64,000 bases of DNA from an uncultured Candidatus Saccharibacteria bacterium (GCA_964481345.1 CAYZTC010000001.1:142188-206187); one strand, 5' to 3'. Numbered from the stretch's first letter, positions 29,247 through 38,444 are shown. Notes: generated by a model not told the origin, from the sequence alone. Numbers and translations: made by a program.

Positions 29247-29675
29247 TTATAGATGAATAGAAACGTAATATCGCTGTTGCCAGAGGTAAAAGATTTCCTC
29301 AAAATCTAAAATATGTTTCTCTGGGAAGAAAAGTTCCCAGTTTTTCTGAGTGGATAATCCGATGATATACATCGGTAGTTTGGGTAATGTTTTTCCGTCA
29401 GAAAAAGAGATAATCTTTTGATTGTATCTAACAACAATTAAATATCTTGGGCCATCTCTAGAGGGTAGAAATTTGTCCCTTCTTGTTTCGGACCCTCTCA
29501 TTATGATCTCCAACTCCTTGTATGGATCTTCTGAAACCCAGACATTTCCAGTATGGAGAGGAGAAACGTGAGATTTTTCAGCTTCTGATAACAATGCCAA
29601 TCCTAGACCTTTTAGTATAGCCTTATACTTCCAGTTTAATCTCGCGGTTTCTAAAAATGCAATTATTTCCGCCAT
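29247..29675 (-). CDS. Hypothetical protein
   Basis: 142 aa ORF. Confidence 0.4.
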   Translation of the reverse strand: MAEIIAFLETARLNWKYKAILKGLGLALLSEAEKSHVSPLHTGNVWVSEDPYKELEIIMRGSETRRDKFLPSRDGPRYLIVVRYNQKIISFSDGKTLPKLPMYIIGLSTQKNWELFFPEKHILDFEEIFYLWQQRYYVSIHL

Positions 29676-29770
29676 TTCTTCTTCTCCTTTCGTTTTTTAA
29701 GAGCTTTAGAGGATTATATGTTTTCTATGGGGTACTTGGCAATATCATTGTTGTAATACTGATATAATCT

Positions 29771-30364
29771 TTGAGTATGAAAATTGCAGTTGATTTAGAT
29801 GATGTGTTAATCCAGTTTAATAAAGGGTTTCTAGATTATCATAATAAGAAGTACAATACCTCTTTCGATATGGTTTCGGATCGTCCTTTTAGATACGATG
29901 AGTTTCTTGGGATATCTGTAGAAGAGGTTGTAGTAAGAGTTGTAGATTTTTATAAATCATCAGAATTTATGAAGTTGAAGCCTATGGATTTTTCACAGGA
30001 ATCGGTTAACAAACTTGTTAAAAATAACAAACTAATAATACTTACTTCTAGACCTCCGGACATGAGAGGACTTACAGAAGTTTGGACAAAGAAATACTTT
30101 GGGAATGTTTTTGAAGAAATTATTTTAACGGGACAATTTGATCTGTCCGCTAATAAGAAAGAGATTACCAAATCTGCAGTCTGTGAAGAAAAAGATGTTA
30201 GTCTATTTATCGATGATGCAGTTCATTATATTGAAGAGGTATCCAGGATTGGGGTCAAGTGCTTGCTTTTTGATAGGCCATGGAATAAAAGTTATGATCC
30301 TCCTAAAAATGTAAAAAGAGTGATGAACTGGAAGGAAATTGTGGATGCTGTAAGTGGATTTTAA
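29771..30364 (+). CDS. HAD-superfamily 5'(3')-deoxyribonucleotidase (NT5C-like)
   Basis: 197 aa; IAVDLDDVL motif I and IDDAVHY motif IV of HAD/NT5C family. Confidence 0.65.
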   Translation: MSMKIAVDLDDVLIQFNKGFLDYHNKKYNTSFDMVSDRPFRYDEFLGISVEEVVVRVVDFYKSSEFMKLKPMDFSQESVNKLVKNNKLIILTSRPPDMRGLTEVWTKKYFGNVFEEIILTGQFDLSANKKEITKSAVCEEKDVSLFIDDAVHYIEEVSRIGVKCLLFDRPWNKSYDPPKNVKRVMNWKEIVDAVSGF

Positions 30365-30425
30365 GTTGGACTTTCTTTTCCCTTCCCTATATATTTAGTA
30401 AAGATAAATTAATCTGTCTCTATCA

Positions 30426-31313
30426 ATGGTAACAGAAACACCTTCAAGTGCCCCTATCCCTAATCCACCAGCTCAGCAGCCTGCTCAACCAGCTCCACAG
30501 CAAGCTCAAGCTTCAAGTGAAGTTAAGGAGGTTCCAAAGCCAGCAGGAGAAAAGAAAAAGATGAAAGAAATTTACATTCTCGTTATTATGCTGGCAATTA
30601 TTGCGCTTGGACTTGTAGGGTATATCGTCTATTCTGAAATATTTTTAAGCGAAGAGCAGGAGGCTACTGAAGAAGAGGGAGAGGTGCCAGTGGAGGAAGA
30701 AGCGACGGACGTTGAAGTTGAGGATGTCGATGAGGGGGTGAGTGATACGGAAACATTTACAGGAGACTATCTTACAGCAGAAATTCCAGTTGGATGGGAT
30801 ATTATTGAGTACGAGGATGGTGATGGAACAGATATGGTCGCAAGTGGTGTCGATTTTGTGGGGTTGACTGCATTTGAGGTTTTAAACTATGGAGGTGAGA
30901 TAGTATTTAGAATGTATGCAGTATATGGCATCGGTGGTATTGATGCATGTGATGAGTATGTTCAGTTTGAGGATTTTAATGAGGATGATTATGACGATAT
31001 CGTTGAGTCATCGGCATTTGTTGATACCGTAACTGAGCTAGTTGACTACACAGATGTTGAATATACAGAGTTTACATTTCTTGGTTTAAGGGTTCGAAGG
31101 GTGGAAAAAGAGTTATTTTGGGATACGATTGAGGGAGAGACGTATTTTGAACCTGCATGTAACATATCTTATGCTGTATGGAATCTGGAAGGCCTTGTCT
31201 TTAGTGATGGTGATATGGATTCAAGTGCGTATATGTGGGAAGTGTCAGATACTGCTACAGAGGAGGAATTGCTGAAGCTTGATGAGATTCTGGATTCAAC
31301 GGACCCAGCGTAG
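30426..31313 (+). CDS. Membrane-anchored, highly acidic (D/E-rich) surface protein with PQ-rich N-terminus
   Basis: 295 aa; TM at ~50-70; long acidic low-complexity segments. Confidence 0.5.
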   Translation: MVTETPSSAPIPNPPAQQPAQPAPQQAQASSEVKEVPKPAGEKKKMKEIYILVIMLAIIALGLVGYIVYSEIFLSEEQEATEEEGEVPVEEEATDVEVEDVDEGVSDTETFTGDYLTAEIPVGWDIIEYEDGDGTDMVASGVDFVGLTAFEVLNYGGEIVFRMYAVYGIGGIDACDEYVQFEDFNEDDYDDIVESSAFVDTVTELVDYTDVEYTEFTFLGLRVRRVEKELFWDTIEGETYFEPACNISYAVWNLEGLVFSDGDMDSSAYMWEVSDTATEEELLKLDEILDSTDPA

Positions 31314-31324
31314 ATACAATTGAT

Positions 31325-32473
31325 CTATACAAAGAGCCTGAGAATACTTTGGGGTTTTGCATGTTTGTCGTATAAGTATTGTATTACTGCCTTGATAGGA
31401 AAGTATTCCAGATGAAGAATTGGAAGAAGATCCTCGAGTAAATCTGAGTTTGCCTCGTTATCGATATAAGTAACCTTTGGTTTTGGTAAGGCATGTAACC
31501 GTCTATTATCTAGTAATATATAGAACAGTGATGACTTTATATTGTCACCGTTCTCGTCTTTCTGGATATATGTGTATAATTCTTTTGGCTTAATCTTGCT
31601 TAGCTGAGACATTATCGAAACCGCATCTTTGGACACTAACGTTTTGTTTTTAAGTACCCCTAGCGCTTGTTCCGGATCGTTCACTGATTTTTCAATTGCC
31701 GTATAAGGTAAGATATATTTTTCGATTTCATATAGGTTATTTAAGGTAGCATTGGAATATTCTTGGACCATGGGATATCTTTCATCTTTTATGCAAAATC
31801 TTAATCCTGGAGATCCACTAAGAATTAAATGTTTGTCTCCGTCGCTGTGTCCCAAGGAAATAACTCTTTCAAACTGACCTTTTTCAATTAAACGTAAAAC
31901 CCCCCATCCCTTTTCTTTATCTCCTATTGTCAACCCTGGTCTCTCTATGGAGTTATTTTCATCGAATTTTACCTTGCTTGCTAGGACATTTATGTAATTC
32001 AAGCAGTTTCTATGTAGTGACATATTGATCAAATCATATATTCCACTACTAACCAGGACAGAAAAGATATTTGAGTTTTTAAGATATCGGTTTGAAATTT
32101 GTATGAAATCATTTGAAAGTGGTACCTGATCAGCAGCGTAAGACATCATTAGCAAGTACTGCATATTATTTGTCCCGAGATAGTTATCCCAGAGCATAAT
32201 AGTACTTTCAAGTGAAGAGTCTGGGACTTTGGGGTGATCTCTTCCAGTAATTGTTGAAACACCGTTAGATAATGTGCGCGAAAGGTGCCCCTGGGTAATA
32301 CACTCGTCCACATCGCTAACAAATAATGTATCTTGGTGAGGTTTTTTGTTTGATAATATTTGGTCTATCTCTGCATCTAAAAGTTGAGGATTTTCTTGGA
32401 TAATGATATCAATGATCTCTGGGGTAATGTTTGGCTTTTGAGTTTGTGGATCATTTTCTGACAAGTCTTTCAT
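31325..32473 (-). CDS. Hypothetical protein
   Basis: 382 aa ORF; no confident motif. Confidence 0.5.
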   Translation of the reverse strand: MKDLSENDPQTQKPNITPEIIDIIIQENPQLLDAEIDQILSNKKPHQDTLFVSDVDECITQGHLSRTLSNGVSTITGRDHPKVPDSSLESTIMLWDNYLGTNNMQYLLMMSYAADQVPLSNDFIQISNRYLKNSNIFSVLVSSGIYDLINMSLHRNCLNYINVLASKVKFDENNSIERPGLTIGDKEKGWGVLRLIEKGQFERVISLGHSDGDKHLILSGSPGLRFCIKDERYPMVQEYSNATLNNLYEIEKYILPYTAIEKSVNDPEQALGVLKNKTLVSKDAVSIMSQLSKIKPKELYTYIQKDENGDNIKSSLFYILLDNRRLHALPKPKVTYIDNEANSDLLEDLLPILHLEYFPIKAVIQYLYDKHAKPQSILRLFV

Positions 32474-32558
32474 TATGGAGAATGATACTATAGGGCTGGG
32501 ATAAGTTCAAGCTGGAATATTGGTTTGTTCTGTTCCAGAAGACTTTAGTGGAAAAGTA

Positions 32559-32616
32559 GTACAGGCAGCAAAAAAGGGCAATTCCAACAGATGTTCATGT
32601 TGTGAACCGCCCTTTT
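32559..32616. terminator. Cassette terminator T_A: bidirectional hairpin (aaaaagggc...gccctttttc) with A- and T-runs on both sides
   Basis: Stem aaaaagggc / gccctttttc enclosing caattccaacagatgttcatgttgtgaacc; paralogous to hairpins at 37647-37694 and 38445-38496. Confidence 0.6.
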
Positions 32617-32634
32617 TCTCTTTTGCTCATTTCT

Positions 32635-33144
32635 TTACTCGTCTAACCAACGTTGAACAACTTTCCTTGTCTCTAAAACAAGTGCTTCAACGTTTTGTCC
32701 ATCAAGGACCTTCAATACCGTGATGCTTACGGAAAGTTTCGTAGAAACTTTCCAATGTTCAGTCGTGAAAACATAGTATCTCGGATTGTCGTCATGTATG
32801 ATAATTTTTGAAAACATGATTGGCTTTCCAATATACTCTAACGTTGGGTCGTTGTCCGAGAGACGTGGGTCACTATATCTGTGTCGGGGTTGTATAGGTA
32901 TTTCAGTTAACCCATGCGATAAACCTGCTTCGCGAATACCTTTGTCTTCAACCACATATATTCTGTCGACCATCCTCGTTCCGTTAATGAGTTCCCTCAC
33001 GGTTGGAATTCGTAAGAGCCAGTCAATCTGTAAGGTCTCAACAGAAATTGTCGAAACCTTCTTGTAGTAATGTTCATCTCCCAGAGCTAGTAAGCCCAAG
33101 AACACGAAATCATCTACATAACCTAACCATTTTTTCTTTCTCAT
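32635..33144 (-). CDS. Cassette ORF A, hypothetical protein (~169 aa; true start ATG at 33142-33144 with SD GGAGG, not the GTG at 33231)
   Basis: ORF track 32635-33231; upstream 29 codons lie in the conserved non-coding leader (equivalent region in copy C carries a stop). Confidence 0.5.
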   Translation of the reverse strand: MRKKKWLGYVDDFVFLGLLALGDEHYYKKVSTISVETLQIDWLLRIPTVRELINGTRMVDRIYVVEDKGIREAGLSHGLTEIPIQPRHRYSDPRLSDNDPTLEYIGKPIMFSKIIIHDDNPRYYVFTTEHWKVSTKLSVSITVLKVLDGQNVEALVLETRKVVQRWLDE

Positions 33145-33149
33145 CGGAA

Positions 33150-33344
33150 CCTCCGATATGAGTGTTATCCTTGGATTTTCCACGTCACCGACGGGAAGGA
33201 GTAACACTACCTTCCTATGTTCCAAAAACACAAAAAGGTAATGTCACTTACAAGGATTTTTGTATAAGAGCAAAAGAGAAATTGATGTAATTGGGGCAGC
33301 CATCAATCTGGGGTGATTGTACTATGGGATGGATATTTATTCAA
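33150..33344 (-). promoter_or_regulatory. Cassette leader L_A: promoter TTGAAT-N17-TACAAT (-35 at 33339-33344, -10 at 33316-33321) plus conserved ~165-nt structured 5' leader
   Basis: ~85% identical to 38984-39191 and (first ~70 nt) 38190-38258; begins with palindrome ATTGATGG-N12-CATCAAT. Confidence 0.6.
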
Positions 33345-33579
33345 TATGTAAGATGCGTATCTTTTTATCTCTCTTCCAACTTTTTATCTGAGCTTCCCTT
33401 TTAAGAGCCTCTGACCTAGTATTGAATTTTTCTGTATAAACAAGTTTGAATGGGAGTTTTGAAGCAACGTATTTGGATCCTTTCTTTTGCTTGTGTTCGG
33501 ATAGTCTTCTTTTAAGATTTGTTGTAATACCGGTGTAAAGGGAGTTATCGTTGCATTTTAGTATATAAAGTGTGTACAT
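33337..33579 (-). CDS. GIY-YIG nuclease family protein (stand-alone, UPF0213/YhbQ-like)
   Basis: 80 aa MYTLYILKCNDNSLYTGITTNLKRRLSEHK... classic GIY-YIG core. Confidence 0.75.
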   Translation of the reverse strand: MYTLYILKCNDNSLYTGITTNLKRRLSEHKQKKGSKYVASKLPFKLVYTEKFNTRSEALKREAQIKSWKRDKKIRILHIE

Positions 33580-33773
33580 ACTGTGATTATAGAATCAGAG
33601 GGTGTGAACACAAGGGTTTCTGGTTTTCCTTCCTTTGGCCCTTCGACCAGACTCATCGCAGGTGAGTTCAGTATAGAAAAAATCAACACCGATATAACGG
33701 TATTTTAGAATAATTGTTGAAAAGCTGATTCAAAATGTGAAATAATGGTTGGTAATCTCATCAACCATTTTAG

Positions 33774-35114
33774 ATGTCTAAATATGATGTAATTGTTGTT
33801 GGTGCGGGACCTGCTGGAATATTTTCCTGTATTGAACTTATCAAGTTATCCTCCAAGAAGAATATTCTCCTTTTGGAGCTTGGGGATGGGATAGAAAAGA
33901 GGAAAGAATCTGACGTTATGACAGGTTTTGGTGGGGCTGGCACATTTTCTGATGGTAAGCTTCACTACACTCCCAAACTCTCTCATGAAAGAGCTCTGCA
34001 TCTGTTAGATATTGAAAAATATCAGGAAATACTGGATCAGGTTGATAAGACATTTAAGAAGTTTGGAGTTGAGGCGAAGTATTATCCTAAAAACGTTAAA
34101 GAGGTAGAAGCTCTTGTAGAAGATGCAATTCTTCATGACATCGATCTTGTAGTCAGGAAAACTCAGCATGTGGGTACAGACAAATTAATGCCGGTAATGA
34201 AGAAGATGCAGAAGTATTTAGAGACGTCAGGAGTCAAACTGAAGACCCATGTCAATGTGAAAGATATTATTAGAAATAGAGGGAAAGCCATTGGTGTAAA
34301 AGATAGCAATGGGAAAGAATATTTCTCAGAAAAAGTATTACTTTGTCCAGGCAGATATGGAGCAAAGTGGCTACAAAAGCTTGGAGATAAGCAAGGAATA
34401 GAATATAGGTATGAGAAGGTAGAAGTTGGTGTAAGAGTAGAGTTTCCAGCAGTAGTGATGAAAAAGTATGCTGATGCTCTATATGAAGTTGTGTTTCAGA
34501 TGCGAACACCTACATTTGATGATTTAGTAAGAACCTTCTGTTCCTGTCCGAATGGGTATGTGTCTGTGGAGAACTATGGAGGATATATATGTGTGAACGG
34601 ATGCTCGAATTCTGACCATAAGTCGAAGAATTCAAACTTTGCCCTTCTTTGTAAAGTTGGCTTGACGGAGCCAGTGGAAAACACGATTGAATATGCAAAA
34701 TCTATTGCGGAAGTTGCATCTACAATTGGTGGTGGAAAACCAATTATTCAAAGACTTGCAGATCTTCGAGCTGGAAGAAGAAGTACCTGGTCAAGTATTC
34801 TCAAATCTCTGGTATCTCCAAGTTTAAGGGAAGTTACTCCCGGTGATATTACAATGGCACTTCCGTATCGTATAGTTACTGGAATTATTGAGGGTCTAGA
34901 AAGGCTTGATGAGGTAATGCCTGGTTTAAATTCTGGATCTACCCTACTCTATGCACCAGAGGTTAAGCTTCGATCATCTAAAGTGAAGGTCACTTCAGAT
35001 ATGCAAACTACAGTAAGAAATCTCTTCGTTGCAGGTGATGCGTCTGGTGTGTCTGGATCAGTCACTGGTGCTGCTGTTACCGGAATTATGGCAGCAAGAG
35101 GTATTTCAAAATAA
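33774..35114 (+). CDS. FAD-dependent dehydrogenase (COG2509-like, Rossmann GxGxxG N-terminus)
   Basis: 446 aa; MSKYDVIVVGAGPAGIFSCIEL dinucleotide-binding motif; C-terminal GDASG. Confidence 0.7.
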   Translation: MSKYDVIVVGAGPAGIFSCIELIKLSSKKNILLLELGDGIEKRKESDVMTGFGGAGTFSDGKLHYTPKLSHERALHLLDIEKYQEILDQVDKTFKKFGVEAKYYPKNVKEVEALVEDAILHDIDLVVRKTQHVGTDKLMPVMKKMQKYLETSGVKLKTHVNVKDIIRNRGKAIGVKDSNGKEYFSEKVLLCPGRYGAKWLQKLGDKQGIEYRYEKVEVGVRVEFPAVVMKKYADALYEVVFQMRTPTFDDLVRTFCSCPNGYVSVENYGGYICVNGCSNSDHKSKNSNFALLCKVGLTEPVENTIEYAKSIAEVASTIGGGKPIIQRLADLRAGRRSTWSSILKSLVSPSLREVTPGDITMALPYRIVTGIIEGLERLDEVMPGLNSGSTLLYAPEVKLRSSKVKVTSDMQTTVRNLFVAGDASGVSGSVTGAAVTGIMAARGISK

Positions 35115-35130
35115 TTTATTTATTAATAAA

Positions 35131-36303
35131 ATGAGAACTGTGGGTACTATTGTGCGTGGCATTCGAACTCCTATTATTAGACATGGTGATGATTTGGAGC
35201 AAATAGTCATGGATTCGATAGAAAGGGCTGCTAAAAATGAAAATTTTAAGTTAAATGATAGGGATGTTATAGGTATTACAGAAGCGGTTGTAAGCATTAC
35301 ACAGGGTAATTTTGTTACGCTAGACCAATTGTCAAAAGAGTTTAAAAAGGTCTTTCCTTCAAAAGTAGGGGTAGTGTTTCCGATATTAAGCAGGAATAGA
35401 TTTTCACTCATACTTAAGGCTCTGGCAGATGTGTCGAAAGAGGTTCATGTATTATTAAGTTATCCTTCTGATGAAGTTGGTAATCAGCTAGTTAACTCGG
35501 AAGTTATGGATGCAAAAGGAGTGGACCCCTTCAAGGATTCGTTTGAAGAGCGTGAGTTTAGGGAAATATTTGGAGATAAGTTGGCTCATCGGTTTACAGG
35601 TGTAGACTATATTGAGGCGTATAAAAAGTTGGGAGATGGAAATGTAACGATACATTTTTCAAATGATCCGACATCAATACTTAAGTATACGAAAAATGTG
35701 CTCGTTTCAGATATTCACACAAGGTTTAAAACGAAAAAGATTATAAAAAAGGCGGGAGGTAAGCTAATTATTGGCTTGGATGAGATCTGTAATAAGAAAA
35801 TTAGGAAGCATGGATATAACATTGAGTATGGTTTGCTAGGATCGAATAAGGTTGCAGAGGATAGATTGAAACTTTTTCCTAGAGATTGTGATATTTTTGT
35901 TGATAAAATAAAAGATAGAATTAAGAAACGGTATAAGAAAGAGGTAGAGGTTTTAGTTTATGGTGATGGTGCATTCAAAGATCCTGTTGGAAAAATCTGG
36001 GAGCTTGCAGATCCAGTGGTGTGCCCAGGGTTCACCGAGAAACTTATTGGAACGCCCAAGGAGTTGAAATTAAAGTACATTTCTGAGAACTGGGACTCAC
36101 AGGGTGATCTTGGTGATTATGTGAAGAGTATGATTAGAATGAAAAATACTAAGGATTATGATGTAGAAAAATCTTTAGGTACTACACCAAGACAGCTAAC
36201 AGATCTGCTCGGAAGCTTATGTGATTTAACAAGTGGAAGTGGGGATAAGGGAACGCCCGTTGTGTTGGTACAAGGGTACTTTGATGACTACACTGTAGAG
36301 TAG
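35131..36303 (+). CDS. CofE-like (F420-0:gamma-glutamyl ligase family) protein; start taken at MRTVG (ORF track starts 35029)
   Basis: N-terminus MRTVGTIVRGIRTPIIRHGDDLEQIV resembles CofE/FbiB N-terminal pattern; weak, motif-based only. Confidence 0.4.
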   Translation: MRTVGTIVRGIRTPIIRHGDDLEQIVMDSIERAAKNENFKLNDRDVIGITEAVVSITQGNFVTLDQLSKEFKKVFPSKVGVVFPILSRNRFSLILKALADVSKEVHVLLSYPSDEVGNQLVNSEVMDAKGVDPFKDSFEEREFREIFGDKLAHRFTGVDYIEAYKKLGDGNVTIHFSNDPTSILKYTKNVLVSDIHTRFKTKKIIKKAGGKLIIGLDEICNKKIRKHGYNIEYGLLGSNKVAEDRLKLFPRDCDIFVDKIKDRIKKRYKKEVEVLVYGDGAFKDPVGKIWELADPVVCPGFTEKLIGTPKELKLKYISENWDSQGDLGDYVKSMIRMKNTKDYDVEKSLGTTPRQLTDLLGSLCDLTSGSGDKGTPVVLVQGYFDDYTVE

Positions 36304-36342
36304 TAGGTGGAGTTGAAGTGCTTGTACTGAGCTTGCCGAAGT

Positions 36343-36375
36343 GAAGAGAGGCAATGGGACTGGTTAGAACTTTGA
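36343..36375. repeat. Partial copy of conserved terminator-flank motif (gaggcaatgggacNggttNgaact)
   Basis: Matches 37603-37631 and 38408-38436; similar to tmRNA 3' end (gagacggtgggaattgaac). Confidence 0.45.
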
Positions 36376-36382
36376 GACTGTC

Positions 36383-37456
36383 CTATTTATTATCTGAAGT
36401 GGTGTCAAAAAGTAGTCGATTAAATAGTACTGTTACGAAAGAGGCATTAAAAAATATTCCCAACATAGCGGCAAATTGATACAAGATACTGTAGAAAGAC
36501 GGCAATTTATCTAGCTTTTCTATATTATTTCCAAGTGTTAGCATGGCTCCGGAAGTAACAAGTATAGACGCACACAAATCCTTTAACCCTGTGAAAAATA
36601 TCAAAGATAAAATTAATAATGCAATTAGATACATTCCGAGAACCCTGAAGGGTTTTTGTCCATATCCTGTTAGGCAATTGAAAACCAAAACTCTGAATAA
36701 TTTCTCGCTAAAATTATTTATGTTATATTTGGTGAAGTTATTGTTCTCTTCTATTAGGTATTGTCTGGCTTTATCTGTTACCTCTCCTGCTAGATACGAT
36801 TTCTTCAAACCCTTATAAAATAAGTATCTTTCTTTGTTTTCGGTGCCATCTCCATATCGACCTTCGAGCTTTATGTCTTTAAAAATAGTGTTTGCGTTAA
36901 AAGTACAGTTATTGAAAGAATGAGGATAGAATGAGCAATTTTCGAAAACTACATTGAAAAAATATGATTTTGTGAATTGACTAAATTGAGTGAAATCGCA
37001 ATTGATAAATTTTACGTTTCTAAACGTTGAGTAACTTGAATTGAAGAAATGAAAGTCACATTTTTTAAAGGTGGTTTGAGCAGTGTAAATATTGTCTGCC
37101 GAACAAGAGAGAAATGTGGCGCCATTAAACGTCGAAAATTCAAATTTGGCATAGTCGAATCTTATACCTTTGAAATTATCATCTTCGGGGAAATCGAGAT
37201 GTTCTCTTAACAAATATATCCCCTTTAAATCTCTTGGGGAGTCGAGTATGGGGAGATTTCCTTGGGCGTATTCGTTCGAGAGAAAGTTCTCCCCTGCACC
37301 TCCTTTAATCAGTTTGAAAATTCTCTTTTTTTGCTTTATGTTTTCTGCAGCATGCCAACGAGTTTGCCATCTTATGACGTCAGCCTCTTCATCTTTTTTT
37401 CTGGGTACTATTATTGTCACGGTCAGATAATAACAGAAGCAATACCCTATTGTCAT
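36383..37456 (-). CDS. Pentapeptide-repeat protein with C-terminal 2-TM pore-like (ion-channel-like) membrane domain
   Basis: 357 aa; long run of A(D/N)LxF/C-type pentapeptide repeats (FSTFNGATFLSCSADNIYT...NCTFNANTIF) then hydrophobic helices with TLGNN loop. Confidence 0.6.
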   Translation of the reverse strand: MTIGYCFCYYLTVTIIVPRKKDEEADVIRWQTRWHAAENIKQKKRIFKLIKGGAGENFLSNEYAQGNLPILDSPRDLKGIYLLREHLDFPEDDNFKGIRFDYAKFEFSTFNGATFLSCSADNIYTAQTTFKKCDFHFFNSSYSTFRNVKFINCDFTQFSQFTKSYFFNVVFENCSFYPHSFNNCTFNANTIFKDIKLEGRYGDGTENKERYLFYKGLKKSYLAGEVTDKARQYLIEENNNFTKYNINNFSEKLFRVLVFNCLTGYGQKPFRVLGMYLIALLILSLIFFTGLKDLCASILVTSGAMLTLGNNIEKLDKLPSFYSILYQFAAMLGIFFNASFVTVLFNRLLFDTTSDNK

Positions 37457-37602
37457 AATTATGATTTATATCAGAAGAGAAAATTCTTCAATTTTATATT
37501 TGAACGAAATTTGGAGTATGACAAAAACAAGGGATATCGAACCCATGAATATTCTGTTCCAATAAGACTTTTCGATGAAATAGATAACACAGACTCTCAT
37601 CT

Positions 37603-37631
37603 GGTAGAGGCAATGGGACGGGTTGGAACTT
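37603..37631. repeat. Conserved terminator-flank motif copy (gaggcaatgggacgggttggaacttgagg)
   Basis: Direct repeat of 38408-38436 and 36343-36375. Confidence 0.5.
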
Positions 37632-37646
37632 GAGGTTTAGGCAACA

Positions 37647-37694
37647 AAAAAGCGGCTTGTTCGTTTTTACGGAACTCGCCGCGATTTTGCTTTT
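37647..37694. terminator. Cassette terminator T_B (aaaaagcggc...gccgcgatttt hairpin, bidirectional)
   Basis: Hairpin immediately 3' of ORF B stop (37696); flanked by A-run and T-run. Confidence 0.55.
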
Positions 37695-37695
37695 G

Positions 37696-38070
37696 CTAAA
37701 TAATTTTGAGTCGAATATCTGTTACTGGATATCCGTAATATTCTCCTCTTATTTTTTCTCGGAACACAAAAGGTTGAATGTGTACTGGGGTCAGGAGTAT
37801 TTTTCTATTAGGGGAATGTTCAAAACAGACAATTCTCACAAAGGTGTCATCAGAAAGGAATCTTCTTATTGGTTTGTAGTATGTCCATTTACCGTTACGA
37901 TTCATGTGTCTGAAGGATACTACATTATCCAATCGTTCTAATCCTCTGTAGATTTCTACCAAAGACCCCTTCTTTAGTAAGAATTCGTTTTGTCCTTTTC
38001 TATGTTGACGACGGGCTATTTTTTTAGCTCGAGGTCTTAATAAGTAAGTCCACAACTCTTTAATATTCAT
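37696..38070 (-). CDS. Cassette ORF B, small basic hypothetical protein (~124 aa; start ATG 38068-38070 with SD GGAGAA)
   Basis: ORF track gives 37696-38220 but N-terminal 50 codons overlap conserved leader; internal Met MNIKELW has SD. Confidence 0.45.
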   Translation of the reverse strand: MNIKELWTYLLRPRAKKIARRQHRKGQNEFLLKKGSLVEIYRGLERLDNVVSFRHMNRNGKWTYYKPIRRFLSDDTFVRIVCFEHSPNRKILLTPVHIQPFVFREKIRGEYYGYPVTDIRLKII

Positions 38071-38258
38071 TTTGCTTCTCCGTTTATTTTCTTTTTCAAA
38101 AGATGATAAGTTCAGTTCCCCCGTTCTATCCACGAGGTGTGAACAGGATGGGAGAACCAAATAAATGAGAATATTGTATAAGAGCAAAAGCAAAATTGAT
38201 GTAATCGGGGTAGCCATCAATGTAGATGGATTGTACTATGGGATAATAGAAATATCAA
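38071..38258 (-). promoter_or_regulatory. Cassette leader L_B: promoter TTGATA-N17-TACAAT (-35 38253-38258, -10 38230-38235) plus leader sharing first ~70 nt with L_A/L_C
   Basis: Sequence alignment of three copies; palindrome ATTGATGG-N12-CATCAAT retained. Confidence 0.55.
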
Positions 38259-38260
38259 GT

Positions 38261-38293
38261 TGGCAATATTGTTTGTGTTGTTGTATTGCCAAT
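38261..38293. other. Perfect 9-bp inverted repeat TTGGCAATA-N15-TATTGCCAA just upstream of the L_B -35 box
   Basis: ttggcaatattgtttgtgttgttgtattgccaa. Confidence 0.4.
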
Positions 38294-38407
38294 ATGGAGC
38301 ATAGTAGATAAAGTCGGAAATTATTTCAGAATCAACAATTCCCCTATCCTACTAGTGTAAACTGATGTTTGTTGAAGTATGGAGTGTAGATAAGTGAAAA
38401 ATGAGGA

Positions 38408-38436
38408 GAGACAACGGGACAGGTTGGAACTTGGAG
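38408..38436. repeat. Conserved terminator-flank motif copy (gagacaacgggacaggttggaacttggag)
   Basis: Direct repeat, see 37603-37631. Confidence 0.5.
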
Positions 38437-38444
38437 TACAGCCA

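Noticed and set aside
33145-33231. ORF-track N-terminal extension of cassette ORF A (MFLEHRKVVLLLPVGDVENPRITLISEVP) starting at GTG 33231
   Set aside because: This segment lies in the conserved non-coding leader. The equivalent region of copy C has an in-frame stop. A strong SD GGAGG sits before the internal ATG at 33144, and there is no SD before the GTG.
37530-37575. tRNA-like T-arm motif gggatatcgaaccc (minus-strand GGGTTCGATATCCC)
   Set aside because: No acceptor-stem complement, D-arm or anticodon arm could be built around it. It is likely a chance T-loop-like sequence or a tRNA fragment.
38071-38220. ORF-track N-terminal extension of ORF B (MMATPITSILLLLLYN...)
   Set aside because: It overlaps the conserved leader/promoter region shared with the other cassettes. 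The internal ATG at 38070 has an SD.
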